From UHGV virus genome UHGV-0161432: a stretch of 32,622 nucleotides of DNA. The stretch is one strand, 5' to 3'. This stretch comes from a virus. This document shows positions 1 to 8,459 of the stretch, piece by piece. Below the pieces are notes generated by a model. That model was not told where the DNA came from. It saw only the letters and a list, made by a program, of their open reading frames with translations, and did no database searches. Within the stretch, counting starts at the first letter, position 1; each line of letters opens with the position of its first letter. The position numbers and the translations under genes are program-made.

Positions 1-92
1 AAAGCAGGTTTTGAGGGGTCAAAAGCAGGTTTTGAGGGGTCAAAAGCAGGTTTTGGGGTCGGTGCAGGGTCATAACCCTGTTTTGGGGTCGG
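1..92. repeat. Iteron-like 21-bp tandem repeats (AAAAGCAGGTTTTGAGGGGTC) within rep; putative replication origin
   Basis: Copies at 1-20, 21-41, a variant at 42-60, and degenerate GTTTTGGGGTC near 80-90. Further copies at 32578-32622. Confidence 0.85.
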
Positions 93-377
93 CTTCCACA
101 ACGAAACGTGATACCGGTTGGCCCTGCCATCGGACTTGACCCGTCGAATGTACCCCAATTGTTCGAGCACATTGAGGCTCTTGGATACCGTGGGCTGCGA
201 GCAACGCGCTATCTTCGCCAGCCGCTCCAGACTGGGCCAGCATACGCCGGTGTTGTCGGCGTGACGTATCAGCGCCATGTACACCAGCAGGTCGTAGCCG
301 CCCAACCGGTCATCATCCACCGCCCAATTCGGCAGCATCGAAAAACCAGTGTTCTGTGTTATACTCGTATCGAACAT
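1..377 (-). CDS. Phage replication initiator, N-terminal part (winged HTH, HTH_36-like); continues across the window junction into 32601..32091
   Basis: Manual translation from ATG 377 (SD AGAAAGGTG): MFDTSITQNTGFSMLPNWAVDDDRLGGYDLLVYMALIRHADNTGVCWPSLERLAKIARCSQPTVSKSLNVLEQLGYIRRVKSDGRANRYHV... The CWPS-x2-LA..S..TV...L..LE..GYI pattern is typical of phage initiators. With the 21-nt terminal overlap removed, 377+511 = 888 nt, in frame (295 aa). Confidence 0.88.
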   Translation of the reverse strand, partial: MFDTSITQNTGFSMLPNWAVDDDRLGGYDLLVYMALIRHADNTGVCWPSLERLAKIARCSQPTVSKSLNVLEQLGYIRRVKSDGRANRYHVSLWKPTPKQGYDPAPTPKPAFDPSKPAFDPSKPA

Positions 378-440
378 ATTTTTCACCTTTCTGTTAGCGC
401 CTCTCTTCCATTCTCTCGGGGGAGGCGCTTACTTTATTTG
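357..440 (+). ncRNA. Candidate antisense (counter-transcribed) RNA over the rep RBS/start, with its promoter
   Basis: Extended -10 TGT-TATACT (357-365). Hairpin AGCGCCTC/GAGGCGCT (396-403/422-429) followed by TACTTTATTT. Spans the complement of the rep SD and ATG. Confidence 0.45.
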
Positions 441-486
441 ACCGTATTTAACTTCTATTTGACGCTATTTTTTTGCGTATATATTT

Positions 487-538
487 ATTATATATTACGA
501 CGACACTACTTGCAATCGAGAACAATATAATGTATATT
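487..538. promoter_or_regulatory. Divergent sigma-A promoter pair sharing one palindromic -35 (TTGCAA 510-515)
   Basis: + strand: TTGCAA-17 nt-TATATT (533-538), ATG at 546. - strand: TTGCAA-17 nt-TATAAT (complement of 487-492), pointing to rep. Confidence 0.75.
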
Positions 539-545
539 TTTAATT

Positions 546-728
546 ATGAACGCTAAAGACTACACCGCAACGGTGGAGCAGTACGCGGAACGCTGGCACC
601 TCAACGTGCAAACGGTACGCAGATACTGCCGCGAGAAACGACTGCCCTACATCAAGGTAGGCCACCGCTACTACTTCAACCCCGACATCACACCACTACC
701 GGTAGGAGAAACAATCAACGATGAATGA
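546..728 (+). CDS. Excisionase-like/HTH_17 DNA-binding protein (Cro-like position), probably leaderless
   Basis: TVEQYAERWHLNVQTVRRYCREKRLPYIKVGHRYYF matches the MerR/Xis-type HTH pattern. Confidence 0.8.
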   Translation: MNAKDYTATVEQYAERWHLNVQTVRRYCREKRLPYIKVGHRYYFNPDITPLPVGETINDE

Positions 729-1179
729 TCCAAGAATCACGCTACCGCTCGCACGCTTGGCGGCAGACCCCGAACGCAAACAAGCACGCAACGGCACCCC
801 TTACATGCTTATTCGAGTCGCAGCCACCGGAGGCCACATGGACAAGAACACTAAACAGTGGGTGGACCACGACACCATGTGGGCGACCATCTTCGAGTAT
901 GACAAGAGACTGGCGGAAACCTACGAACGCATGTTGCGCAAGGGCACACCGGTACTGGTCGAGGGCGTCCTGAAATGGAAGACCGGTACCGACAACCAAG
1001 GTCAGCCTCGCACTGACTTCATCATCGAACACGCGACCATCAGTCTCGCCATGCTCAAGGCGAAAACCCAGCAGCCTCAGCAAGACCAGCAGCCCGTCAA
1101 CAGGTTGACGGGAGCCGGCACGTTCGGTCAAACCGACTGGTCTAACCAGATGACCGACAACGAATGGAAGGAGTTCTAA
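721..1179 (+). CDS. ssb: Single-stranded DNA-binding protein
   Basis: RLAADPE...W.....W....LAE....LRKG..VLVEG.L OB-fold pattern, then a Q-rich linker and an acidic/aromatic tail (DNEWKEF). Confidence 0.85.
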   Translation: MNDPRITLPLARLAADPERKQARNGTPYMLIRVAATGGHMDKNTKQWVDHDTMWATIFEYDKRLAETYERMLRKGTPVLVEGVLKWKTGTDNQGQPRTDFIIEHATISLAMLKAKTQQPQQDQQPVNRLTGAGTFGQTDWSNQMTDNEWKEF

Positions 1180-1502
1180 TGGCATACATCGAACGGACCG
1201 AGACATCAGACTCCCAGCAGTACGTTACCGGCGATATGGTGGAGGACGCCGCAAACGTGCTGGGAAACCATTACGTCGCCTGCCGAGCCCTGTTCACTGG
1301 GATTATTTTCTGCACTTGCGGGGAATGTTTCAAAACGATGAAACAGTTTCGTGAGCATGTGGCGGAAATAATCCTTATCCGTCACACCGCCATCCTAAAG
1401 CGCAAAGTAATGCAAAACAACCCGAGTGTGAGCCAATACGTCAGAGACATCATATCAGCATTTCAAAAGTCTATGAAGAAAGGCAAGAATGATGGCAACT
1501 AA
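1179..1502 (+). CDS. Hypothetical protein with C2H2-like Zn motif (CTCGECF..FREH)
   Basis: TAATG overlap with ssb stop, SD AAGGAG. Confidence 0.7.
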   Translation: MAYIERTETSDSQQYVTGDMVEDAANVLGNHYVACRALFTGIIFCTCGECFKTMKQFREHVAEIILIRHTAILKRKVMQNNPSVSQYVRDIISAFQKSMKKGKNDGN

Positions 1503-1737
1503 CGTCACCGAGAAAGACAAGACGCTCAACGAGATCATCGACTGGTGCGAACAGATGGAAGCGAATGGGCTGAGATTGGCGAGCGCTCTTCTGATGCAGC
1601 ATGACATGGCCGCATACGGTGTCATGCAGGGACAAATCAGCGCATATGAACAGACGGCCGACCACTGCCGTTCCATGCTCGGCTACACCGGCTCCATGCC
1701 GTCCGAAGTACCGAATCAAAGCGAGGACGCGAAATGA
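1489..1737 (+). CDS. Hypothetical phage protein
   Basis: SD GAAAGG; overlaps neighbours in the operon. Confidence 0.7.
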   Translation: MMATNVTEKDKTLNEIIDWCEQMEANGLRLASALLMQHDMAAYGVMQGQISAYEQTADHCRSMLGYTGSMPSEVPNQSEDAK

Positions 1738-1961
1738 ACGACAGAAGACTTCCCGACGCCAAAGGCTGGTACCTGACTGCGGACCATGCCAGACTGCTCC
1801 GTTACGACGGCTACACATGGACCGCATACACCACCGACGGTGACGAAACCGAACTCAACGACGGATACAGCACCACGGCAGACCCCGACCTCCTCATCAG
1901 GACGCTCGGCGCGCACCGCCTGCCGTTGACCAGACTTGATCTCACCGCCCAACATGGGTGA
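1734..1961 (+). CDS. Hypothetical phage protein
   Basis: ATGA overlap, SD GAGG. Confidence 0.65.
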   Translation: MNDRRLPDAKGWYLTADHARLLRYDGYTWTAYTTDGDETELNDGYSTTADPDLLIRTLGAHRLPLTRLDLTAQHG

Positions 1962-1993
1962 GTGCTTCTGGACGATAAGGGAGGTTGGACGCG

Positions 1994-2122
1994 ATGCGAA
2001 CCGCCGAAGCAGTAAGCCTGTTGTTCATCCTGTTCTGCCGTGACCCGCAGTTTCGGCGGGCGTTGTACAAGCTCAACCCTGTGTTGTTCCGCAGGTTCAC
2101 TAATGGGGAGGTGTGGCTGTGA
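1994..2122 (+). CDS. Small hypothetical protein (42 aa, MRTAEAVSLLFILFCRDPQF...), not in ORF track
   Basis: SD GGGAGG upstream; stop overlaps the next GTG (GTGA). Confidence 0.55.
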   Translation: MRTAEAVSLLFILFCRDPQFRRALYKLNPVLFRRFTNGEVWL

Positions 2123-2577
2123 ACGTTGATGACATGACCGATGAGGAGTTCATCGATTATTGCCGGAACGGCGGCGAACTGTCCGGCCTGATAACTGAAC
2201 GTCATCCGAAATGCGATTGGTGCGGTGGCATGTGCCGGGTCGGCAAGGATGGCATGTGCCGGAACTGTCGTGTCAGGGAACGGCGTCGAACCGACCACGA
2301 GTATGCGAAGCATCTGCGTGATCTGGCGAATCGGCGGAACGCTCGTAATCGTGAGAAACGTAATGAGTATGCACGCCGGTACCGGTCGGAGCATTTGGCT
2401 CAGGTTCGGGCTTCGGCTCGTAAGTATGCCGCCGCCCATCGGCGTGAGATGGCTGAATACCATCGCCGTTGGATGTTGGAGCATCCCGAGAAATACGCCC
2501 AGTATGAGGCGAAGCGGAAACGTAAACGACAACTAGCCAATGAGGCTGTTATCGCGCGGAAGGCGGTAAACGAATGA
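2119..2577 (+). CDS. Zn-binding (CDWC...CRNC) protein with long basic helical repeats
   Basis: SD GGGGAGG; Cys pairs; R/K/E-rich tail. Confidence 0.7.
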   Translation: MNVDDMTDEEFIDYCRNGGELSGLITERHPKCDWCGGMCRVGKDGMCRNCRVRERRRTDHEYAKHLRDLANRRNARNREKRNEYARRYRSEHLAQVRASARKYAAAHRREMAEYHRRWMLEHPEKYAQYEAKRKRKRQLANEAVIARKAVNE

Positions 2578-2849
2578 GCAAGACGATCAAGTATGTGGAA
2601 TGCGCCAACTGCGGAGAGGTTGTCGGCACATATTACGTAACCTGCCCCTACTGCGGCTACCGGCTGTCCGCGCGCAAGCCGACGACGGGCATGGATCCGC
2701 TGTATGGCATGACCGACAGCGAATTCTACAAGCGATTCGGGAGCATTGGACATCATAGCCCAGCAGCAACAAGGAAACCGCCACGCCAGACCAACGAGCC
2801 TGCCAGATGGCGAAACAACTCAACAAGGAGAAATCATGAGACACGATAA
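2574..2849 (+). CDS. Zinc-ribbon protein (CANC...CPYC); C-terminal third may be a read-through extension
   Basis: ATGA overlap; two CxxC pairs. Confidence 0.65.
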   Translation: MSKTIKYVECANCGEVVGTYYVTCPYCGYRLSARKPTTGMDPLYGMTDSEFYKRFGSIGHHSPAATRKPPRQTNEPARWRNNSTRRNHETR

Positions 2850-2994
2850 ACCGGAAACCATGTGCAGTTTGGAATGGTTGGCACACGAACGCCGCAAGGC
2901 ATGGCAGGAAGGCTACGCAGCCGGATGGAAAGACCAAGAATGCGACTTTCCGAAATATACCACCGACAACCCGTACAAGGAGACCATCGAATGA
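2836..2994 (+). CDS. Hypothetical phage protein (AWQEGYAAG...NPY motif)
   Basis: SD AAGGAG before ATG 2836; motif recurrent in actinophage small proteins. Confidence 0.7.
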   Translation: MRHDKPETMCSLEWLAHERRKAWQEGYAAGWKDQECDFPKYTTDNPYKETIE

Positions 2995-3080
2995 AACGCA
3001 ACCCGTTTGAAATCCTGTTCGCGGTCACGTTGACGGTCTGCCTGTGCGTCGCCCCTATCATCATGTTCGCCATCAGTTAA
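2991..3080 (+). CDS. Small membrane peptide (29 aa)
   Basis: SD AAGGAG, ATGA overlap, one hydrophobic helix. Confidence 0.55.
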   Translation: MKRNPFEILFAVTLTVCLCVAPIIMFAIS

Positions 3081-3089
3081 GGAGCAATC

Positions 3090-3701
3090 ATGAAATTCAC
3101 GAAACGTGCCTACGTCAAAGTTTGGCAGAACTGCCCAGAAGATGAACGCGAGGACACTACCATAACCCTCTATGAGTACGAGGACGAGAACGAACTCAAC
3201 AGTATCCCAGTCGCCCTGCTCTATCTGCTGGAACGTTATGCGTTCGTCAACAGTATGGACGAATTCGACATCCTCGAACGCTGTCTCACCGCTGAATCGT
3301 TCGACCTCATAGGCTTCGTCAAAACCTACCGTGACATGCTCAGCAAAACCGGCGACTTCTGGACGCCCATGAAGTTCATCACCACCAGCCCGAAACCAGT
3401 GGACGGCATCCCATCCGTCTCATACTGCCCACGCTGCGGAGCATTGATCTGGCCAGACACCACACAACGCTACATCAACGGACAAGCAGAAAACGACGCA
3501 GAATACTACAAGCGAATTTTTGAAATCTACAAGAACAACCCAGACCCGCTCTTCTGCCACAACTGCGGGCAACGATTCAAATACGTCGGCCAAGACCAAC
3601 TAGCCTACAAGCATCAAAGCAACCGTGCCGACATCCTGCGCACGCTCAAGCTCAAGGCGAAGACTCAACCAACGTTCGATCTGGCGGAGCTCAACCAATG
3701 A
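3090..3701 (+). CDS. Hypothetical protein with split Zn ribbon (CPRC...CHNC)
   Basis: SD AAGGAG; 203 aa ORF. Confidence 0.75.
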   Translation: MKFTKRAYVKVWQNCPEDEREDTTITLYEYEDENELNSIPVALLYLLERYAFVNSMDEFDILERCLTAESFDLIGFVKTYRDMLSKTGDFWTPMKFITTSPKPVDGIPSVSYCPRCGALIWPDTTQRYINGQAENDAEYYKRIFEIYKNNPDPLFCHNCGQRFKYVGQDQLAYKHQSNRADILRTLKLKAKTQPTFDLAELNQ

Positions 3702-4147
3702 CCGGCGAACCATACTCATTCAGCCTGTTCATTCCCGGCATCCCAGCCAGTAAAGGCTCCTACCGTCCAATCACCGGTAGGAGCCGCACCACCGGCAAAC
3801 CCGTCACCCGTCTCATACCAATGGACAAAAAAGAACGCCCGTGGCGCGACCATGTACGCGACACCATCCTCAGCCACGAACACCCAACCATTCCCCACGA
3901 CTCATACGTGACCGTGGAAACAACGTTCTACCTGCCACGCCCCAAAACCATCCCACCAAGAAAACGAAAACACCCCACCGTCAAACCAGACATAGACAAA
4001 CTCCAACGCGCCCTATACGACGCCATAACAGAAACCCACATCTGGCATGATGACTGCCAGATAGCCGACGTAATCAGCCACAAACGATACGCCGACAACA
4101 CACCCACCGGCGTATTCCTCACAATCACATGGGAGCCAAATCAATGA
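3698..4147 (+). CDS. rusA: RusA-family Holliday junction resolvase
   Basis: GIPASKGS N-terminus and KPDIDKLQRALYDAIT...WHDDCQI catalytic motif. Confidence 0.9.
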   Translation: MTGEPYSFSLFIPGIPASKGSYRPITGRSRTTGKPVTRLIPMDKKERPWRDHVRDTILSHEHPTIPHDSYVTVETTFYLPRPKTIPPRKRKHPTVKPDIDKLQRALYDAITETHIWHDDCQIADVISHKRYADNTPTGVFLTITWEPNQ

Positions 4148-4302
4148 AGAAACCAAACGAATTCGACTACTTCCGCAACACCACACCCGGCTACAAGCTA
4201 GGCCGCATCCTCGGCGTCCTACTCATCACACTAGCCGTACTCCTCATCACCACCGGCACCATAGCCCTACTCAAACTCCTCATAACCTACATCCTCGCGT
4301 AA
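4144..4302 (+). CDS. Small membrane protein (52 aa), not in ORF track
   Basis: MKKPNEFDYFRNTTPGYKLGRILGVLLITLAVLLITTGTIALLKLLITYILA; SD GGGAG; ATGA overlap. Confidence 0.65.
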   Translation: MKKPNEFDYFRNTTPGYKLGRILGVLLITLAVLLITTGTIALLKLLITYILA

Positions 4303-4365
4303 GGAACCATCATGCCCCTCAACCACCAACAACAAGCTAAACCCAAGAAAGCATAAAATACCCTT

Positions 4366-4740
4366 ATGAGCAACGTAACCCGAGACGCACACGGCAGAAT
4401 CACCGGAGGCGTCAACAACCCAACAGGCAAAGGCGGCTTCCAAGAACGCCCACAAGACCGCAGCCGCAAATGGACAAAACGCGGCAGCGTGAAATACAAC
4501 CTCCAACAATTCCTTGAACTCACGAACGAGGAACTAGCGGAATGGGTGCAGCGTATGGACGAACTGACCCAAGCAGAACAGATCGCCCTACGCCGTGTAC
4601 TCGAATCAAAGAAGGACGGTGAGAAAGCATTCCGCGCCTATCAGGACATCGCCAACCGTACCGAGGGAATGCCCCGCCAACAGGTTGACCAGACGGTGCA
4701 GATGTACGAGCCGCCAACAATCAATGTCACGGTGAAGTGA
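4366..4740 (+). CDS. terS: Terminase small subunit (probable, leaderless)
   Basis: Directly upstream of TerL; RDAHGRITGGVNNPTG N-terminal motif; TAAAAT 6 nt before ATG. Confidence 0.75.
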   Translation: MSNVTRDAHGRITGGVNNPTGKGGFQERPQDRSRKWTKRGSVKYNLQQFLELTNEELAEWVQRMDELTQAEQIALRRVLESKKDGEKAFRAYQDIANRTEGMPRQQVDQTVQMYEPPTINVTVK

Positions 4741-6122
4741 ACAAACCCGAGCCTACTATTCTCAATAAGGCTCGGGTTTCCCCGAGTGAAGACCAGACTA
4801 TTGAGAATCGCGCGCACATTATGGAACAAAACGGAACATTCAACCTCGTAATCCCCAAAGCATACGAAGACCTATTGTTCTTCCTCCATGACCGTGACAA
4901 TCCGCCATACCGCTACTACGACTACAGCGGAGGCCGTTCGAGCGCGAAAAGCACCAGCGTAGCCCTAGCACTAGCACTCGAAGCCAGCATGTACCCCACC
5001 CGCATCCTATGCACCCGCGAATTCCAGAACAGCATTCAGGAAAGCGTCAAACAGCTCCTAGCAGACATCATCAACCGCTACGAACTTCCCGGCTTCACCA
5101 TCACCCGCGAACAAATAACCCACGTGAACGGCAGTGTGTTCTGGTTCAAAGGCCTGCACGAAGACCCCGAAAGCACGTTGAAAGGCATCGAAGGCGTAGA
5201 CCGATGCTGGATAGAAGAAGCGCAGTTCATCACCGACCACAGCCTAGACGTGTTACTGCCGACCATCCGAAAGAACGGCAGCACCATCATCTTCACCCGC
5301 AACCCACTGACCCCGGAAGATTCGATAACCACACGTTTCGTCACCCACCCCAGCAAGCTCACCCAACAGCGCACCACCCACCACCACACCACATGGCGAG
5401 ATGCCGAACAGGCCGGAATACTCCCGGAAGAAATACTGCGACAAGTCGAGGAATCACGAAACAACCCAGACTTCGCCCACATCTGGGAGGGAATGCCATA
5501 CGAGAAAACCATCAACCAGATCATAAGCTGGCAGCAACTCACGGCAGCGACCGAACGCCAACCGCAAACAGACGGCGGCGTAAGCTTCGGCGTTGACGTG
5601 GCCCGATACGGAGCCGACCGAACCGCCGTAGCCATCGTAAAGGGACGCTACCTAGTAGACCTCGTGAGCTGGAGCAAGACCAGTCTTGTCGAAACAGCGG
5701 AACGCATAATCACCCTTGCCGGAACACATCATCCAAGCATCATCAACGTGGACGATACCGGCGTAGGCGGAGGCGTAACGGACATTCTCCGCAGCCGAAA
5801 CCAACCAGTGAACGGCGTCAACTTCGGAGCCAAACCCAAGCACCCCGACCGTTACCCGGCAGTCAGTTCGGAACTATGGTTCGAGTTCGCCGAACAGCTT
5901 CCGGAAATCACCATCAACCCGAATCTGGAACACCGAGCCGAACTGTTTCAGGAACTCAGCACCCGCGAATGGATGATCAACAACCGGAACCTACGCGAAG
6001 TGCAGCGGAAGAAAGATTACAAAACAGAGAACCAGACCGGTAGCCCCGATCTAGCGGATAGCGTCCTTCTCGCATACTACAAGCCGCTGCAACTCCCCTC
6101 ATGGGACGTAGCGGTCTGCTAG
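4737..6122 (+). CDS. terL: Terminase large subunit, PBSX/SPP1-like (start 4737 GTG or 4821 ATG)
   Basis: Walker A-like GGRSSAKS, CTREFQNSIQES, Walker B CWIEEAQ, nuclease GVDVARYGADRT and SPDLADS. Confidence 0.95.
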   Translation: MNKPEPTILNKARVSPSEDQTIENRAHIMEQNGTFNLVIPKAYEDLLFFLHDRDNPPYRYYDYSGGRSSAKSTSVALALALEASMYPTRILCTREFQNSIQESVKQLLADIINRYELPGFTITREQITHVNGSVFWFKGLHEDPESTLKGIEGVDRCWIEEAQFITDHSLDVLLPTIRKNGSTIIFTRNPLTPEDSITTRFVTHPSKLTQQRTTHHHTTWRDAEQAGILPEEILRQVEESRNNPDFAHIWEGMPYEKTINQIISWQQLTAATERQPQTDGGVSFGVDVARYGADRTAVAIVKGRYLVDLVSWSKTSLVETAERIITLAGTHHPSIINVDDTGVGGGVTDILRSRNQPVNGVNFGAKPKHPDRYPAVSSELWFEFAEQLPEITINPNLEHRAELFQELSTREWMINNRNLREVQRKKDYKTENQTGSPDLADSVLLAYYKPLQLPSWDVAVC

Positions 6123-6180
6123 CTCTTTAGACTCTGCACCAGTAGACTAGACATAGAATTTATTATGAATCGAGGAAACT

Positions 6181-8274
6181 GTGAGCCTGCTGAACAATCT
6201 CCGTGAAGGTTTTATGAGCGCGTTCGACCGTAACCATGCGCCCAGCATGTCCCCCACACCGATGGGCGGGAACATCTGGCAGCCAATGGGCGGCAACACC
6301 ATCCCAATGCACGACACCTACGACAACGTGTTCCCCTACGTCAACGCCATCGCGCAAAGGTTCAGCACGGTAATCCCCTACGCCGTGGACTCGGAGAACA
6401 GGCGTATCGACCCGGCTCCCGCACCCTTGGCCGCACTCTACGCGCCAAACGACACGTATTCCTGCCTCGAATTCCTGAAACTCATATCCGCCAGCATCCT
6501 CACCCAATCCCACTTGGATGTTCTTATCTGGACATCTAACGGGCCGGGCGGAGACATTACAGCCGACAACATCATCGGCTATACGCTGCTACCGTCGAAC
6601 AGCCGCCAATACAATTCCACGCGCTCCGACTGGTACCATCGCGTCACGATGGACTTGGGCGAAGGCGAACGAGTCTACGAATTCTCCCGTGATGAAACCA
6701 TCGCCCTCAGCTACAGCCAGCATCCCAACGATCCCACTCGGGGCATTGCACCGGCAATGACGGTGAAGAAGTGGGCGAACGTTGACGATATGATAGCCGA
6801 CTATGAGCGTGGCTTCTTCGGCAACAACGCCGTACCAGCTGGAATGCTCGGCATCGTGTCTGAGAACACTGAGGACTTCCAACGTAACCGCGACCGTCTC
6901 GAAAGCACGTTCCGAGGTGCAGGCAACAACAACGGAATCGTGTACAACATGATTCCGGTTGACCCGATGACCCATAAGCCCAGCACCACCAGCAAACTCG
7001 TATGGGTACCGTTCCAGTCAAGCAACAATACGCTTGACTTGCAGACCGTGAACGACGTGGTAAACAACCGATTGTCGAACGCGCTCGCCGTCCCGGACAT
7101 CATTCGCGGCATCGATAACGGACAAACCTACGCCAACGCCGAACAAGCCGAACGCGCGTTCATCGAAAACACGCTCAAACCGTTGTGTATGACGATGTGG
7201 GATAAATGGCAGTTCGAGCTAGACCGCATCACCGGAGGACTCGGCTACGGCATCACGTTCGATCTCAACCTGCCGTCCCAAACCGACGTGGAGAAGGTGC
7301 AGGCCGACACCCAGAAGGTACGTATCGACTCGCTCACCCAGCTTTTGAACATGGGGGCCAGTCTGGAGTCTGCCGTGGACGCGCTCGGCCTCCCCGAAGC
7401 ATATAAGCGTCTTGACTTGCACCAGCAGTCTCCGACACTGACTATCCCAATAGCCGCAAAACGATATGCGCGTAATATCAAACCGCAGGAAACGGCAACC
7501 GAAACCCGTATCCTCCCTGCCACTCGCACCTACGTGAACCGCGTAATCCGCATGGCACGCCGCTCCCAGAACGGGCTACGCGATGATCTGGAGGATATCG
7601 GCGACCAGTGGATAAACGACGTGGAAGACGAGTTGATGAAGAACCTCGCCGCCTACGCACGCCGTACCGGCTACGAGCTGGAACAGGTCATTACAGTGTG
7701 GGCGGAAGTCCACCCCGAAAGCTCCATTGCCGTGCAGGTCGAGGGATACACCGCAGATGATTGGCGGCAACTCTACTTCTGGACTGAACTACCCAACACC
7801 GTGCGTGAAGCCTACGTGGAACACCTGCGTAGCATCGCCAAGTCCACCAGCAAGACCATCACAAACAACGTCTTAGAGTTGCTGAACCGTGCCGACGTGG
7901 AACAGTGGGATGCAAACCGATTGCGTGACGAGCTCGAACGCATGGGCAACGATCACGCCGAACTGATTGCCCGCTGCGAAACCGTGCAATCACAACGGCT
8001 CGGCAGCCTGTACAGCGCCCGCAACCTCAGCGAAACACTCGGCGTCCGACTAGCTAAGGTGTGGCGTACAAGCGGCGACGAAAAAGTGTGCGAATTCTGC
8101 AACCACATGGAAGGCAAACGAATCGCACTCGATGACACGTACATGGCGGAGAACGCCAGCGTCGAAATCGGCGAGCGCACCTACGTGAACAACTTCGAGA
8201 GTATGCAAACACCGAACGGACACCCCAACTGCAGATGCTACGAGGATTACGAAGTAGTGGAGGACGAATCATGA
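6181..8274 (+). CDS. Portal protein fused to a Mu gpF/SPP1 gp7-like minor head domain
   Basis: Portal motifs (FFGNNAVPAG, VP....G...TYANAEQ...F...TLKP), then C-terminal ARCET...KVWRTSGDEKVCEFC...HPNCRC. Confidence 0.9.
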   Translation: MSLLNNLREGFMSAFDRNHAPSMSPTPMGGNIWQPMGGNTIPMHDTYDNVFPYVNAIAQRFSTVIPYAVDSENRRIDPAPAPLAALYAPNDTYSCLEFLKLISASILTQSHLDVLIWTSNGPGGDITADNIIGYTLLPSNSRQYNSTRSDWYHRVTMDLGEGERVYEFSRDETIALSYSQHPNDPTRGIAPAMTVKKWANVDDMIADYERGFFGNNAVPAGMLGIVSENTEDFQRNRDRLESTFRGAGNNNGIVYNMIPVDPMTHKPSTTSKLVWVPFQSSNNTLDLQTVNDVVNNRLSNALAVPDIIRGIDNGQTYANAEQAERAFIENTLKPLCMTMWDKWQFELDRITGGLGYGITFDLNLPSQTDVEKVQADTQKVRIDSLTQLLNMGASLESAVDALGLPEAYKRLDLHQQSPTLTIPIAAKRYARNIKPQETATETRILPATRTYVNRVIRMARRSQNGLRDDLEDIGDQWINDVEDELMKNLAAYARRTGYELEQVITVWAEVHPESSIAVQVEGYTADDWRQLYFWTELPNTVREAYVEHLRSIAKSTSKTITNNVLELLNRADVEQWDANRLRDELERMGNDHAELIARCETVQSQRLGSLYSARNLSETLGVRLAKVWRTSGDEKVCEFCNHMEGKRIALDDTYMAENASVEIGERTYVNNFESMQTPNGHPNCRCYEDYEVVEDES

Positions 8275-8411
8275 CGTATGACATCCATTGCAAACGCTGC
8301 GGACGCTACTTAGGCTCCTGCACCCGCGACACGATGATTACGTTGAAGTGCCCGAACTGCAAAGGTTTGGACACGTACCGCATCGTGCTACTCTGGAGTA
8401 CAGAACATTAA
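8271..8411 (+). CDS. Com-like zinc-finger protein (46 aa), not in ORF track
   Basis: MTYDIHCKRCGRYLGSCTRDTMITLKCPNCKGLDTYRIVLLWSTEH, with CxxC-x-L...I-x-LKCPxC as in the Mu Com family; SD GGAGG; ATGA overlap. Confidence 0.75.
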   Translation: MTYDIHCKRCGRYLGSCTRDTMITLKCPNCKGLDTYRIVLLWSTEH

Positions 8412-8459
8412 GCCCATTAAGGACGTTCGACCGCACCACTACCTATTGAAAGGGCCAAG

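Noticed and set aside
1..92. CRISPR array or terminal direct repeats
   Set aside because: Repeats are tandem with no spacers and lie inside rep. The end identity looks like an assembly overlap at the repeat.
108..530. 140-aa + strand ORF
   Set aside because: Antisense shadow of rep that runs through the promoter region.
546..728. Excisionase indicating an integrated prophage
   Set aside because: No integrase or att site recognised; more likely a regulator.
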